Source: Catajapyx aquilonaris
Lineage: Eukaryota
Direction: 5' to 3'
Assembly: GCA_000934665.2 (NCBI GenBank)
Contig: JYFJ02000715.1
Span: 1 to 64,000, forward strand
DNA length: 64,000 bases
Under the pieces are notes generated by a model. That model made no database searches. It was not told the DNA's origin and saw nothing but the letters and a program-made list of their open reading frames with translations. This document shows, piece by piece, positions 13,831 to 24,938 of the stretch. Positions within the stretch are counted from its first letter, which is position 1, and each line of letters begins with the position of its first letter. The translations under genes and the position numbers were made by a program.

Positions 13831-13990
13831 CACGTTCTAATGACATGTCGGCCGGCTAAAAGTAGTTGAAATAATTACACTTGGCCTAAAGTTGACAAGA
13901 AGAACGGTAAGATTATTATCAGTACGGTACTTACAAAACTTGGATAAGGCACAACAAGTACTGTACATTAAATTGGTGGGTGTAGAGGCA

Positions 13991-14812
13991 ATGCTGGCTG
14001 CGGTGAGGTCCTGGATGCGGCCTGAAGCAGCTGCGACCACAACTGGGCTGTCCATTAACAAGTGGTTGCCGCCTGAGCTGATCCTGCACATACTGAGCTA
14101 CGTGGATGCCCAGACGTTGGTGTTTAGCTGCCGACTTGTTTGTCTGCAGTGGCGTGGAACCGTGGAGGATACGCAACTATGGCGGCTTCTACTGGCACGA
14201 TCTGGAGTGCAGCTGCCGAAGCTGCCGAGGACCGCACCGCACTGGCCGGTGTACTACTGGATTGCACAGAAGGCGCCGTTCAACCGTAACCTGATATGGA
14301 ATGCATGCGGTGCGGATGGATTGGATGGCTGGACCATCCTGCAAGACGGGGGCCACCAGTGGAAGGTGGAGGATCCGCCAAGCGGGGCTGATGCGGTTCC
14401 TGAAGAAGTTGGGGAGACCATGTGCTTTGCGACTTCATATGGCCCATGCGTGATGGAGCAAACCGTTAACTTGTGGAGGGAAGGATTGGTTCCGTTCTTG
14501 CTCGATTCGCTCCAGCCGGTCATTGCGGTCTCGGAGTTCAATGCAGCGCGGTTTGATTGCGGGTGTGTGTACAACATGGGGGCGCAATTGCTTGATTACC
14601 GTGGAAGAGTCATTAAGGAGATCGGGGTCGACAGCAGGACTGAGCAGTGGCTTGGAAAGGAGTGGAAGAAGGAAGAGAGGAAGTTTGAGGACTATGGGAA
14701 AGGCGTCAAGGCAATTCGTTTTGTACATGGCGGTCAGGACACGCAGTTTTGGGCAGGGCATTACGGGAGCAAGATGACTGGAGCTTCTGTCGTTGTCTTG
14801 CCACCACAGTGA
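13991..14812 (+). CDS. FBXO6: F-box + FBA (sugar-binding) protein of the FBXO2/FBXO6/FBXO44 family, 273 aa, intronless CDS
   Basis: F-box LPPELILHILSYVDAQTLVFSCRLVCLQWR. FBA hallmarks RNLIWNAC, DGGHQWKVE, CFATSY, ARFDCGCVY and FVHGGQDTQFWAGHYGSKMTGASV. Exact orthology within the family cannot be resolved by eye. Confidence 0.9.
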   Translation: MLAAVRSWMRPEAAATTTGLSINKWLPPELILHILSYVDAQTLVFSCRLVCLQWRGTVEDTQLWRLLLARSGVQLPKLPRTAPHWPVYYWIAQKAPFNRNLIWNACGADGLDGWTILQDGGHQWKVEDPPSGADAVPEEVGETMCFATSYGPCVMEQTVNLWREGLVPFLLDSLQPVIAVSEFNAARFDCGCVYNMGAQLLDYRGRVIKEIGVDSRTEQWLGKEWKKEERKFEDYGKGVKAIRFVHGGQDTQFWAGHYGSKMTGASVVVLPPQ

Positions 14813-15707
14813 ATGAAAGAAATTGTATTGGAATCACTTGAGGTCAAACATGATCGAGAAAAAATGCTTATTAAAAGGGGTTGTAAGATCTCGTAGGTGC
14901 TTAATGTTGTTCTGATAAAATCAATGCATTTGTTGAACATTACTAGCCAATTTTCTGAGTGATGTGTGATGGCAAGTGAATAACTGATGGCGACATTTGA
15001 TTTCTACAAGTAAATATCTGAATCTCATGTTAAAGCTATGTAATTTACTGGAACTAAATTGTGTGTGAAAATTCATGTTTGTGTCATTTGGTCAAATTTT
15101 CACTCAATATGTCTCATCACTACAATTATTGCCAATGCGAAAGTGTAAGTTATGTTGTTTTTTTTTTTCATTTGAGTTGAAAATGTATTTAGCTTCTTGT
15201 TCTGCATTTTATGCAGCATGTGTCATTCATACTAATGCGCTTTATTTCCCATTTATCATGTGTTTCGCAATGATGTGGCTTTATCAGCAATTGTTCGACT
15301 CGACATTCTGCTGATAGGCAGAAAATAATGCCATCTACGATGTAAAACTAGCTTACAACTTTGAAAATGCCTTGGGAAGTTGCGACTTCTCAGCTCATTT
15401 TGGTATATTGCATTGTTGTAAACATAACCTGTAATAAGAGGTAGTATTAATAGGCCTTTGCAGCTGTAATAATTAATTTTTGAATAAATTATTATTATCA
15501 GTTAATGCTGCATTCACGACTTTATATGAGCCACTTTTTTTTTTTGCACTCCTAAGCAGTCACTGTATTGTTCATGGTTGACGTAGTTACAAGGTTTGTT
15601 TGTTGTTTTTTTGACTTGACAGTGGTGTCTATGTCCATGTTTGGGCACAGTTGGGGCATTCATGTAATGTTGATCATCAAACATTACTTTCCAGCCATAT
15701 GCAGCCA

Positions 15708-16629
15708 ATGGATACCTTGCGCAATGATCTGAAGAAACTCTACAGAGAACTCCTCAAGCTTGGCCATGAAGCTTCAGACGACACCATAGCAGGGTAAAGT
15801 CAGATTATTAGTAGTATGTTAGCCTTGCTGACGTATCAATAAAATTTGTGGCTTCTTCATGTAGGTTGTAAGCTCTATTGTCTATTCAATATTATAAAGG
15901 TGCGTTTACATGTAAGTGATTTGACGAGCGAAGTGTTCGCCGAGCAGTAACAGCGTTGAGTAACCCAAGTAACCAGTATTGTTTGAGGCGAAAATCGATT
16001 GTTACTTCCACCTGTTTCTCCATTAACCTATATGCATCTCTTGCTTTGCAGTCTTGCAAGTGGAAATCCTGTCCACTATCTGATCGTGTTCTCCTACATA
16101 TGCAACCAATGCGACCCAGTAATCCGTCAAGAAATCCGCGATAGCACATGCGAGACCATCCTGTACGACATGTGCCAAGCTGGTCAACCTGGAGTCGAGG
16201 CCCTCTACAAGGTTATGTACGGGTTCTGTCACATGACACCCATCATAGTCCCGCACCAGTTTATGATGAAGAGGTTTGCCCACCACAAAGTTCGCATGTG
16301 TATTAAACTCATGGAAGTGCTGAGGAAGAAGGAGAAGAAGTTCAAACCGCAGATTAAATCATCAGTGTCGACACCTGGAGACTCTGCGCCAAATCTGGAA
16401 ATCACCGGCACAAAAGCTATCAGCTGTGTCCTGGAGGATCCAGTGAAGCTGCTTCAGGTACGCCACACCATTTTTGTCTGTACGGCAGGTGTTTGTAAAA
16501 CCCTTGTCTTTTTTTTGCCTGCAGCGCTCGCTGTCTCAGATGTCTTTCGAAATGATGTCGGTGAACAACCACCTTGAGCGGATCGAGCATCAACTGACCA
16601 TGAACGGCGACCCTGTGATTGTAGACTAG
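15708..16629 (+). CDS. CEP44: Centrosomal protein CEP44-like, short form (~198 aa)
   Basis: Exons 15708-15793, 16052-16457 and 16525-16629 join in frame. GLASGNPVHYLIVFSY and VEALYKVMYGFCHMTPIIVPHQFMMKRFAHHKVRMCIKLMEVLRKK align by eye with the CEP44 N-terminal domain as I recall it (human GLIKGDPAASLPIISY / [46 protein letters not shown]). Short C-terminal coiled coil. Confidence 0.8.
15899..16007. mobile_element. PIF/Harbinger (Tourist-like) MITE, family C, partial, in CEP44 intron
   Basis: Begins GGTGCGTTTACATG and shares internal sequence with the copy at 32604. Confidence 0.6.
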
Positions 16630-16787
16630 ACCTGATTATGCATACACAACAACAGCTGATTAAACAAGCATTGCGCATACCATAGTTATAATTTACCCCA
16701 TCCAGTAATGGCAGGAATGCAAGCTTGGCGTTTCAAGTCATTTTCGTGCCTCCTCTATGCAAAAAATTACATGGCATACTTTATACA

Positions 16788-16790
<3 letters not shown>

Positions 16791-16850
<60 letters not shown>

Positions 16851-17086
16851 TCATACCCCGTTATCAGCCGGCGGCTCTTTAGGGGATACATATACAGTAT
16901 ATATTTTTGACTATAAGGAGGTGGCTGTGGCCTATTAGTTTAGGAAACAACTCCGGAATTCTCCTGCAGGAACCGTGGGAAACCACAGAAAACCACGGTT
17001 GGAGTTGCCGGCACCGGGATTCGAACCCAGGACCTCCCGATTAGCAGTCGGATACCATATCCCCTCCGCCAACACTGCTTCGGTGC
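16791..17086 (-). mobile_element. tRNA-derived SINE with (ATT)n tail
   Basis: The minus strand reads A-box-like TGGCGGAGGGG, then B-box GGTTCGAATCC, then a body (CGTGGTTTTCTGTGGTTTCC...) and ...CGGGGTATG before a (ATT)20 tail. A related copy lies at 47077-47295. Confidence 0.8.
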
Positions 17087-17104
17087 ATACTTTATACCAT
17101 TTAC

Positions 17105-17630
17105 CATTTAAATTGTCTGGCAACCTTGGGGCCAACTGGTAGTGTCATATCGTACTACGTCCAAGAGGGAGAGGGAGGACCGGGCAGTGTTGCCAAATAT
17201 ATGATTCCAATTTAAATTGATTGGCAACCTTGGGGCCAACTGGTAGTGGCATATCGTACTACGTCCAAGTGGGAGGTGGGGAGGACCGGGCAGTGTTGCC
17301 AAATATATGATTCCAATTTAAATTGTCTGGCAACCTTATGGGGCCAACTGGTAGTGGCATATCGTACTACGTCCAAGTGGGAGGTGGGGAGGACCGGGCA
17401 GTGTTGCCAATATGATTCCAATTTAAATTGTCTGGCAACCTTGGGGCCAACTGGTAGTGGCATATCGTACTACGTCCAAGTGGGAGGTGGGGAGGACCGG
17501 GCAGTGTTGCCAATATGATTCCAATTTAAATTGTCTGGCAACCTTGGGGCCAACTGGTAGTGGCATATCGTACTACGTCCAAGTGGGAAGTGGGGAGGAG
17601 GACCGGGCAGTGTTGCCAAATGTATGATTT
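17105..17630. repeat. Tandem array, ~103-106-nt unit x5
   Basis: Unit ccaatttaaattgtctggcaaccttggggccaactggtagtggcatatcgtactacgtccaagtgggaggtggggaggaccgggcagtgttgccaa(ta)tatgatt, starting near 17105, 17207, 17313, 17418 and 17521. Confidence 0.95.
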
Positions 17631-18930
17631 CGAACAGTTTTCCCTCCTCCCACTTGGTTCTGGAGGTGTGGGCCAGGTGGCAGCACATCTTCCCCCCACC
17701 CAGCTGATCAGGGCGACGGTGTCTCCACCTGTCCAGTCGCCCCGAACCACTCTCCACGCACAACAACAACAAACACAAAAGAAAGAAGAACAACACAAGG
17801 GCACAAGTAGGGGGGGGGAGGCCAAAAGGGGGGGGTTTATACTTACTTCAATTGCACATTACATCTTCTCTGTACACACACTTTACGCATCCTGCCCAGG
17901 ACAGAAGGCGCACTCTCTTTCAACCGACCTTCACGCAACAAAAGTGCGTATGTAATCAGTGTATACACACAAAGGGGCTGGGTGAAAGGGAAGAGAGAAC
18001 AGCTGTTCGAATGACCTCCTTTGTTGCCCCTTTTTTGGTTGAAGATGGCCTGATCAAGCCTTGCCTTGCATTGTTGCTCTAACGTGTGGCGGAATGATGT
18101 GAAAAGCCAGAGCGGTTGGAGCGCAGGGTTTGGAGGGGCAAAAATTGGAATGTAATTATGTAGAGCAGAAGTCTGATCGGTGGAGGCAACGTACTCTAAC
18201 AGTACATTCCGGTAATGTGTCGCAAGTCGCAACTAGGGCTCGTTGTTGTGTTTTCTCGGTTGTAAACACTCTATAGTTAGGGTTGTACTATTAACCGCAA
18301 AATGTGGCGTCCGCAACTTTGTGGATTCCGTAATATTGCCCAAATTAACGGTTATCTGACGATGCCCCATGTCATATCGACTGTACGACCCTTTAGTGTA
18401 ATTACAGCTGCCTAGTTTGTCGGCACAAAATTTACAGGAAAATGGGTGATGTCTTTGCCCCACTTTGAGTGTCGTACTAACTACGGTACCCATTCTTCCA
18501 GTGCCAAAATTAGTGCATATATTTATGCAGAGATCTTTTCATGCAATGTTAAAAGCTGCGGTTGGATCAGGCAGTTACTAGTAACTGATTAGTGTGCTGT
18601 TTTTATTTAAAATGTTCAGGTGCATGAGAAATTGCGAAGTAAGTCGCCTGTTGAAGTTGGGTGTGTTTTGACAGTATGAGCAGTTCTGGCGGATGTCCCG
18701 AGTTCAAAGTCCATTGGGCACTATAAGTTTCCAAACGGCATCCGTTACTACCAGTAAATGTGTGTATAAAGCCAACGGAATCAGCACTCTTGTTTACTAG
18801 TTAGTTTCACTGATTGGGTTGGACAAATGAGCTGATTCAGTGTTGACATGGCAAGTGCATATTAAGGGATTGCTGATTGGGTGTTGTCCGTTTTTTTTCC
18901 CCAGAGAGCCTGACCCTGGGTAGCAGAAGG

Positions 18931-21900
18931 ATGTCGGCTGAGTCCCCCCAGCACCGAAGGGGGAGCAAGCCAGCTGGCCATGTCATCAGGCCACAGCCGG
19001 TCAGCGACAAGTCATTCATCGAGAGTGTCGCTGGCTTTATTAACGAGGTCGTGCCCCAGGTAGGTTGCCCTGACGATCAGTACAGAGCAGACGTGATATG
19101 TCCGTTGTATTTCAGGCGTACACCGGCCTTCCCCAGTCTGATACAAAGGACTCGATAACATGGGCACGCTTTGAGCAGACCGACGCCAACGACCCTGCCC
19201 TCTGTCCTGACCCGTCGTCGGACACTAATGATCCTGCGCCTCCGTTGTTGCTGACCCTTGGTTACACCTCTGGAGTCCAGGTGTGGGCCATACATTCAAC
19301 GGGGGAGGCCCAGGAGGTGTTGTCTTGGCGGCAAGGGGTCGTACGCACCCTCCGGCTCCTACCGAGTCCGGAGCCCATATTTGGAAACCCCGATACCTTT
19401 GCTTCCAGAAGACCACTAGTAGCTTTGTGTGACTCAGGGGCTGGTTCACCGCAGTTTTGCAGCTTGTCCTTTGTGTCGCTGCGGACAGGTGATCAGGTAA
19501 ATATCCTTCAATATTCTGGAAATGCCATTCGAAGAGGATTAATTGGACGGTGTTATTAATTTTTGGAAATTTTGAAATTACAGGTCAAGAGCATCAAGTT
19601 CAAGAAAGGGATAAGTGATATTGTGGTGTCGAGACGAGTTGTTGCGGCAACGTTTCCTGAGAAGATAGCTGTCTTTGATGCATGCACCTTGGAAGACCGG
19701 TTTACAGTTTCGACGTGCTTTCCCAGTCCGGGTCCGAACCCAAACCCAGTTTGTCTTGGATCTCGATGGTTGGCCTATGCAGACAAACGATTGGTACCTG
19801 CCCATCAATCCGGAGGTGGAGTTGGTGGAGAGTCATCGCAGTCATACACTGCGACGATGATCCACGCCGCAAAGACATTTACACGGGGCCTCAAGGAACT
19901 TGGGGAGACTGTCGCCAGCAGTTTGACTGGACAACATGCTCGACAACAATGCGGGCAGACCCAACAACCAGGCACAGTCACTATACTGGATGTGCGACGA
20001 GCAGGTCGTGGTGATGTGTCAGTCGATGATTCGGAGGGTGTCATTGCCCATTTTGTTGCTCACTATGCTCCAGTCACGGCCATAGCGTTTGACCCCTCGG
20101 GCAACCTTGTGTTGACGGCAGATCGGCAAGGCCATGATTTTCATGTCTTCCGAATTAACCCCCATCCTCTGGGTCCTGCTTCAGCTTCTGCACATCACCT
20201 GTACACATTGCACCGTGGCGACACAACTGCAAAGGTACAGGACATATCCTTCAGTCTGGACTCCCGTTGGGTTGCTGTGAGCACCTTGAGGGGTACCACG
20301 CACCTCTTTCCAATAACCCCCTATGGCGGTGCTGTTGGAGTGAGGACGCACACTACACATCGTGTGGTTAACCGTCTGAGTCGCTTCCATCGCAGCGCAG
20401 GCTTGGATGATGCACCGTCTTCTGGTCGCAACTCACCAATTGCAGTGCCTGATACACCAACGACAGTCATACCCTATCCGAATCCAAGGCTGCCTCCATA
20501 TCCCTACCCAACTCACCTAGCACCACTGGCACAGCTTCGGCAGCCCTTGCTGCTCACTCTACCGCAGCCAAGGAGCCCTCTGGTACGTGAACTTCATCTC
20601 GTAATTTGAGGAGTTACATACTCTGCATATTTGAGCTCCAAGTGTGCTTCCCATTGTCGTAATTCCATGTGGAAGGCCGCGTTTACATGCGAGCGATTCA
20701 CTGAGCGATGTTTGGTAGCGAAAATTCCCTGCAAACAATTGGATTCATCACTCAGCGATGTTCATCGCTCAGCTAATTGCTCGTTTGTAAATGCGGCTTA
20801 AAACACATCTGATCAGATTATACCTGTTGGGGCTAATTGTAATTGGTCAAATCCTTACACGAATGTTAATCCGACTGATATTGTGCAGGTGGGTAAGCAA
20901 CGTACGACGGACACGGACACGGTGCAGATGCGAGTGGTGTCCACGTTTGCGTTCCCGCGGGCCTGGGTTGTGGGTAGCCCGACTGGAAGCACCCGAGAGA
21001 AGACCCAACGCAAGCCTGTGGATGCCTTGTTTGTGATGGCTTGCCATGGAAGCCTGGTTGAATACACCTTAGATCCACACGTATCTCCAAACGTGCAGAA
21101 AGACAAGATATGTGATGACTCCCCAATCGAGCTTGAAGTCAAGGCTAAGGCTCAATGGAATCTTCTGCGGCCTCCCATGACCCCTGAGCTGCAACCACCA
21201 CTGCTGTCTGGCAACCCACTCCTGATAACCCAGCCGTCGCCTGTGGTGGCGGTGGTCGAGTCGCCAGATTCCCGTGAAACCGACTCGGACGAGCGATGGT
21301 TGTCACAGGTTGAGATAGTCACGCATGCAGGTCCACACCGCAGGCTCTGGATGGGTCCGCAGTTCAGCTTCAAGACATACCATCCGACTGCCAGGTATGA
21401 ATTTCGTATTCATCAGCATAACAGCCTGATTAAACGTAGCCCAAATGATGACCTCAAACTTAACAAATTTCACATTTCCAGTGACCCTGATGGGACTGAG
21501 GTGACCCCTGGAGGTAATCGTCTCAATCGCAGCAATCCTGTCAACATGCCTGTGACCACTTGTGGGTCTGTGGTTCCAGTGCTTATCGAGGCGGGATCAG
21601 GAAGTAATGCGAGATTTAATAATATTTCAGGGCATTAAAATGTTCGAGTCGATTATTTTCATTGAACCAGTTTTTCTTGCCAAGTACAATTTCGTACATT
21701 TTCCGTTTCTAGGTAGCTTTGAGCAGTCACCACAGTTGGTGGAGGTCTTTGGTGACCACAGCGGGTACTACAGTTACGGGAGTAGCGGAGGGATGTACGG
21801 AGGTGGCAGAGGGAGTGTCGGAGGGGAAGGGAAGGAGGTGGTGGACACCCAGCTGAGAGAGAACCTGGCCGAAGCGATGATGGAGAGCTGCGGTATGATC

Positions 21901-24900
21901 AACGCCAGGGATGCAGGTAAGTGTCTCGTGTTGTCTGGTGCTGTAGCCTAACATCCATCAAGAGATTTTCTCGGAAACTATCAAGTAATTGTACGGCTAT
22001 TTCTACATGAACAACTGCTGATCATATATTCTGTTTTTATTTGAAAGATAGTAACAACTAGACATATCTGAGGAAATTGTACTGGTGGATAACACGTAAC
22101 CTGTCCTTGGAAGTTCAACCGACTAACATGCATGCGTTAACCTGCCTCATACAATTTTTTTTGCATGATAACTGTGTGGCCTTAAGGGTGTGATGAAGTT
22201 TTTTACATTATACATAAAAAAACACGGGACAGCCATTCATGAGCAGAAACGAGTGCCTGCAAAAACCAGGTGCTTGATCTCCCCCCCCCCCCAAGTTTAC
22301 TTAGGGTTTTTCTTGTTACCTCTCCTTGACTTCTTTATCCTGGTTTCCGTAGCGATTACTGCAAGACTAAAGCGAGACTTGCAGAGACTGAGCGATCAAG
22401 AGAGCGACCTTGATCCTCCCTCCTCCCCTCCGCCCAGCTTTCGGGTATCTGTGGCGACCGTGAGGAAGACGGCACCGCAGTGTTGTGAAGTGAAGCCCAG
22501 GGTTGGTAGGGAGATGGGAGACGGGGAAGACGAGGAGGGGGAGATCAGGAATGTTCCGTGCACAAAGCGTGAGCGTGAGGAGAGAAAGGCCGAAGAGAGG
22601 AGACGGGAGAAGGTGGTGAGGGAGGAGAGGGAAGAGGAGGAAAAGGTAGAGGAGGAAGAGAAGGAGGCGGAGAAGGAAATGGCGAAGGAGGAGGTGAAAG
22701 AGCAGTTGAAAAGTCCGGAGGAGCCGCCGCAGCAGCAACAGCAGCGGAAAGGGAGGAAAGGAAAGAAGAAGAAATAAATGTGCCAACCGCATTGCAAGAG
22801 CTTAATGTTGTGGGCACATAATCTTCCCGAGTTATCATCAGTGAGCAGCCACTTAACATGAACTATTAATTCGCATTTAGCTGACGAACAACCAATAATG
22901 TGATTCTCCTGCACCAATGAGGACAGCAGATGGATTTGTTGTAAGGACGGAACCGATCACGATTTGAACGATACCAATGACGTAAAACAGTATGATGTTA
23001 CTGTGCACACATCATCAGTGACAGGGTAGTGTAAATGTTGACAGTATGTGAAGTAGGAAGTTTTTTGCTATTTTCCGCAGCAATAACCGGTTTGCATCTA
23101 GTCTGCCCGAAATACAATAGATGCCACCAAAATGTCATTAAATGCCTTTTTTTAAAAAAGAAAAACGATGGCGAAAGTCATACTGCCAGTAAGCGATTTT
23201 GCAATCTCGAGTCGAAATAATCTTGGGCATGTCAGCTTCTCTTGTGTGGATAATTTTTTTTTCTGTACATCAGGCTTACTACGTGGCATTTCATGGCTTC
23301 TTTTTAATCTGTGAAAATCATAGTGTCTTACAGAAAAAACTCTGTTGCGTAGATGCAATACGTACCTACACTTTTACTAAACTATGAATTTTGTCCCATG
23401 CTCAAAAAAATTATAAAAAAAAACTGCACACGATACAAAAAAAAAGTACTAAAGTTTGCATGAGTATGGCTGCGTTTACATGCGAGCGATTCATTCAGCG
23501 ATTGGGGCGTGTCGCGCTTCCAAACAATTTATTTCATCGCTGAGCAAACCGGTCACATGTAAACGCGGCATAATTGTTTGCATTGCTGTACAGTTCTGAT
23601 AAAAGAAAATCAAAGTAGTTGATGCAAATCTATGTTAAAATATTATTGTACATAGTGTGCAAATGCATAGCGTGTGTGTGTGATTTTATGAAAACTTGGG
23701 TTTTTAATATATATAATGATTCTAGTCTTTTTTTTGGGAAGGTTTTAAATAAGTAATATCAATTTTTTTTTTAATTGTGGGAAAGAAAGTCTGCTCATGA
23801 ATGAAATAAAAAAAGAAAGGAAAAAAAATCGAATCACCAGATGCAACTGTGTATATAGGACCTTGTACATATTGTATGTTTTTAGCAAGCGTAAAACAAA
23901 AAAAAGGAGAGAAGACAAGGATCTTTTACTAGCTGGACATATTTTTGTACTTCCACGCCGAAGAAAAAAAAATCATGCAGAGTTCCAGCGCAAATAATTT
24001 ATTTGCGGGGGAAAAAAAATGTGCTGTTTAGAGCATACACAGATTAATAAATAAAGGGATTCGTTTTTTTGCAAAAAATACATTACTTTTCATTCCACTT
24101 TTTTGTGTAAACTTCATCACACCTTTAGGGCTGAAATCCGCACGTTCATATTTAGGATGGTGATTATTATTATTTTTTTAGCAACTGTTTCTACCCCATG
24201 AATAAGTGCCTTTTTAAAATAATTGTCCGGTCTTGCTGTTATTACATATGTTGTGTATTTTTATTTTTTTTTGAAATGCAATCGGCCTTAAATAAGTGTG
24301 ATGAAATTTAGCTTCCACATTCCTCTCGCTTCGTGAAATAAAAAGTGCACAGTTTTCATTATTTTGCTTTAGTTTCCGTACAAGCTTTAATACATCATGA
24401 TTATCCCAAGAGTTGACTTCTTGTTACAACATGCGTGTCACAAAATATCAGTTGAAATCATATTTTTAAAACTTGTGAAACCGAGTATTACTTTTTTCCT
24501 ACAAAATATGCTCAGTTTGAATTATTACAAAAAAAAATTTATTGAATGTGACATGAGTATGAGGGAAATTCTGCACGACCAACATGTGAGCTTGTGAGTG
24601 TCACTTCAGATGTAGCTACTCGTATAGTTCAGTTGGTCTGAAATGATGCGAACTTTACGAACTCTTAGTTCGTTGGTGGCTCTTGCTCAATTCGAGTCAC
24701 GTTCGAAAGCTGCGGAAACTTGTCGGTTTCTTGTTTCTTTTCCCAACCAGTGATTGTGGGCATGTTTTTTTGTTTCCTTCTTGTTCCAGGGGGGGGACAG
24801 AGCCTCGGCAGCTGCGATGACTTAAGTTCCAGCAGCTTCGGGTCAGCCAGTCAGGCGTCACTCGATGCTTGCTGCTCCCCCTCCTACGCCGCCGAGAGCG

Positions 24901-24938
24901 TCCTCGGATTCCCCAGTGATTCTAGTGGGTCTGTGTGA
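18931..24938 (+). CDS. BCAS3: BCAS3 / rudhira (WD40 PROPPIN-like microtubule and autophagy protein), two alternative last exons (~921 or ~829 aa)
   Basis: Shared exons 18931-19059, 19116-19496, 19584-20582, 20889-21394, 21482-21603 and 21713-21916, then either 22353-22777 or 24790-24938. Motifs HHLYTLHRGDTTAKVQDISFSLDSRWVAVSTLRGTTHLFPITPYGG and WLSQVEIVTHAGPHRRLWMGPQF. Confidence 0.95.
20675..20798. mobile_element. Harbinger-type MITE, family C (BCAS3 intron)
   Basis: TIRs GGCCGCGTTTACA...TGTAAATGCGGC. Confidence 0.75.
23468..23570. mobile_element. Harbinger-type MITE, family C
   Basis: TIRs GGCTGCGTTTACATG...CATGTAAACGCGGC; internal sequence similar to the copy at 20675. Confidence 0.75.

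Noticed and set aside
16708..16938. Poly-Ile and poly-Asn ORFs (also 46283-46465)
   Set aside because: They are translations of (AAT)n/(ATT)n microsatellites.
17010..17086. tRNA gene
   Set aside because: A and B boxes are present, but there is no proper cloverleaf, and the sequence continues into a SINE body and microsatellite tail with a second copy at 47077.
17105..17630. CRISPR-like array
   Set aside because: The units are near-identical along their whole length with no unique spacers, there are no cas genes, and the context is eukaryotic.
22367..22917. Long antisense ORFs over the BCAS3 terminal exon
   Set aside because: Shadow frames of a purine-rich low-complexity coding exon.
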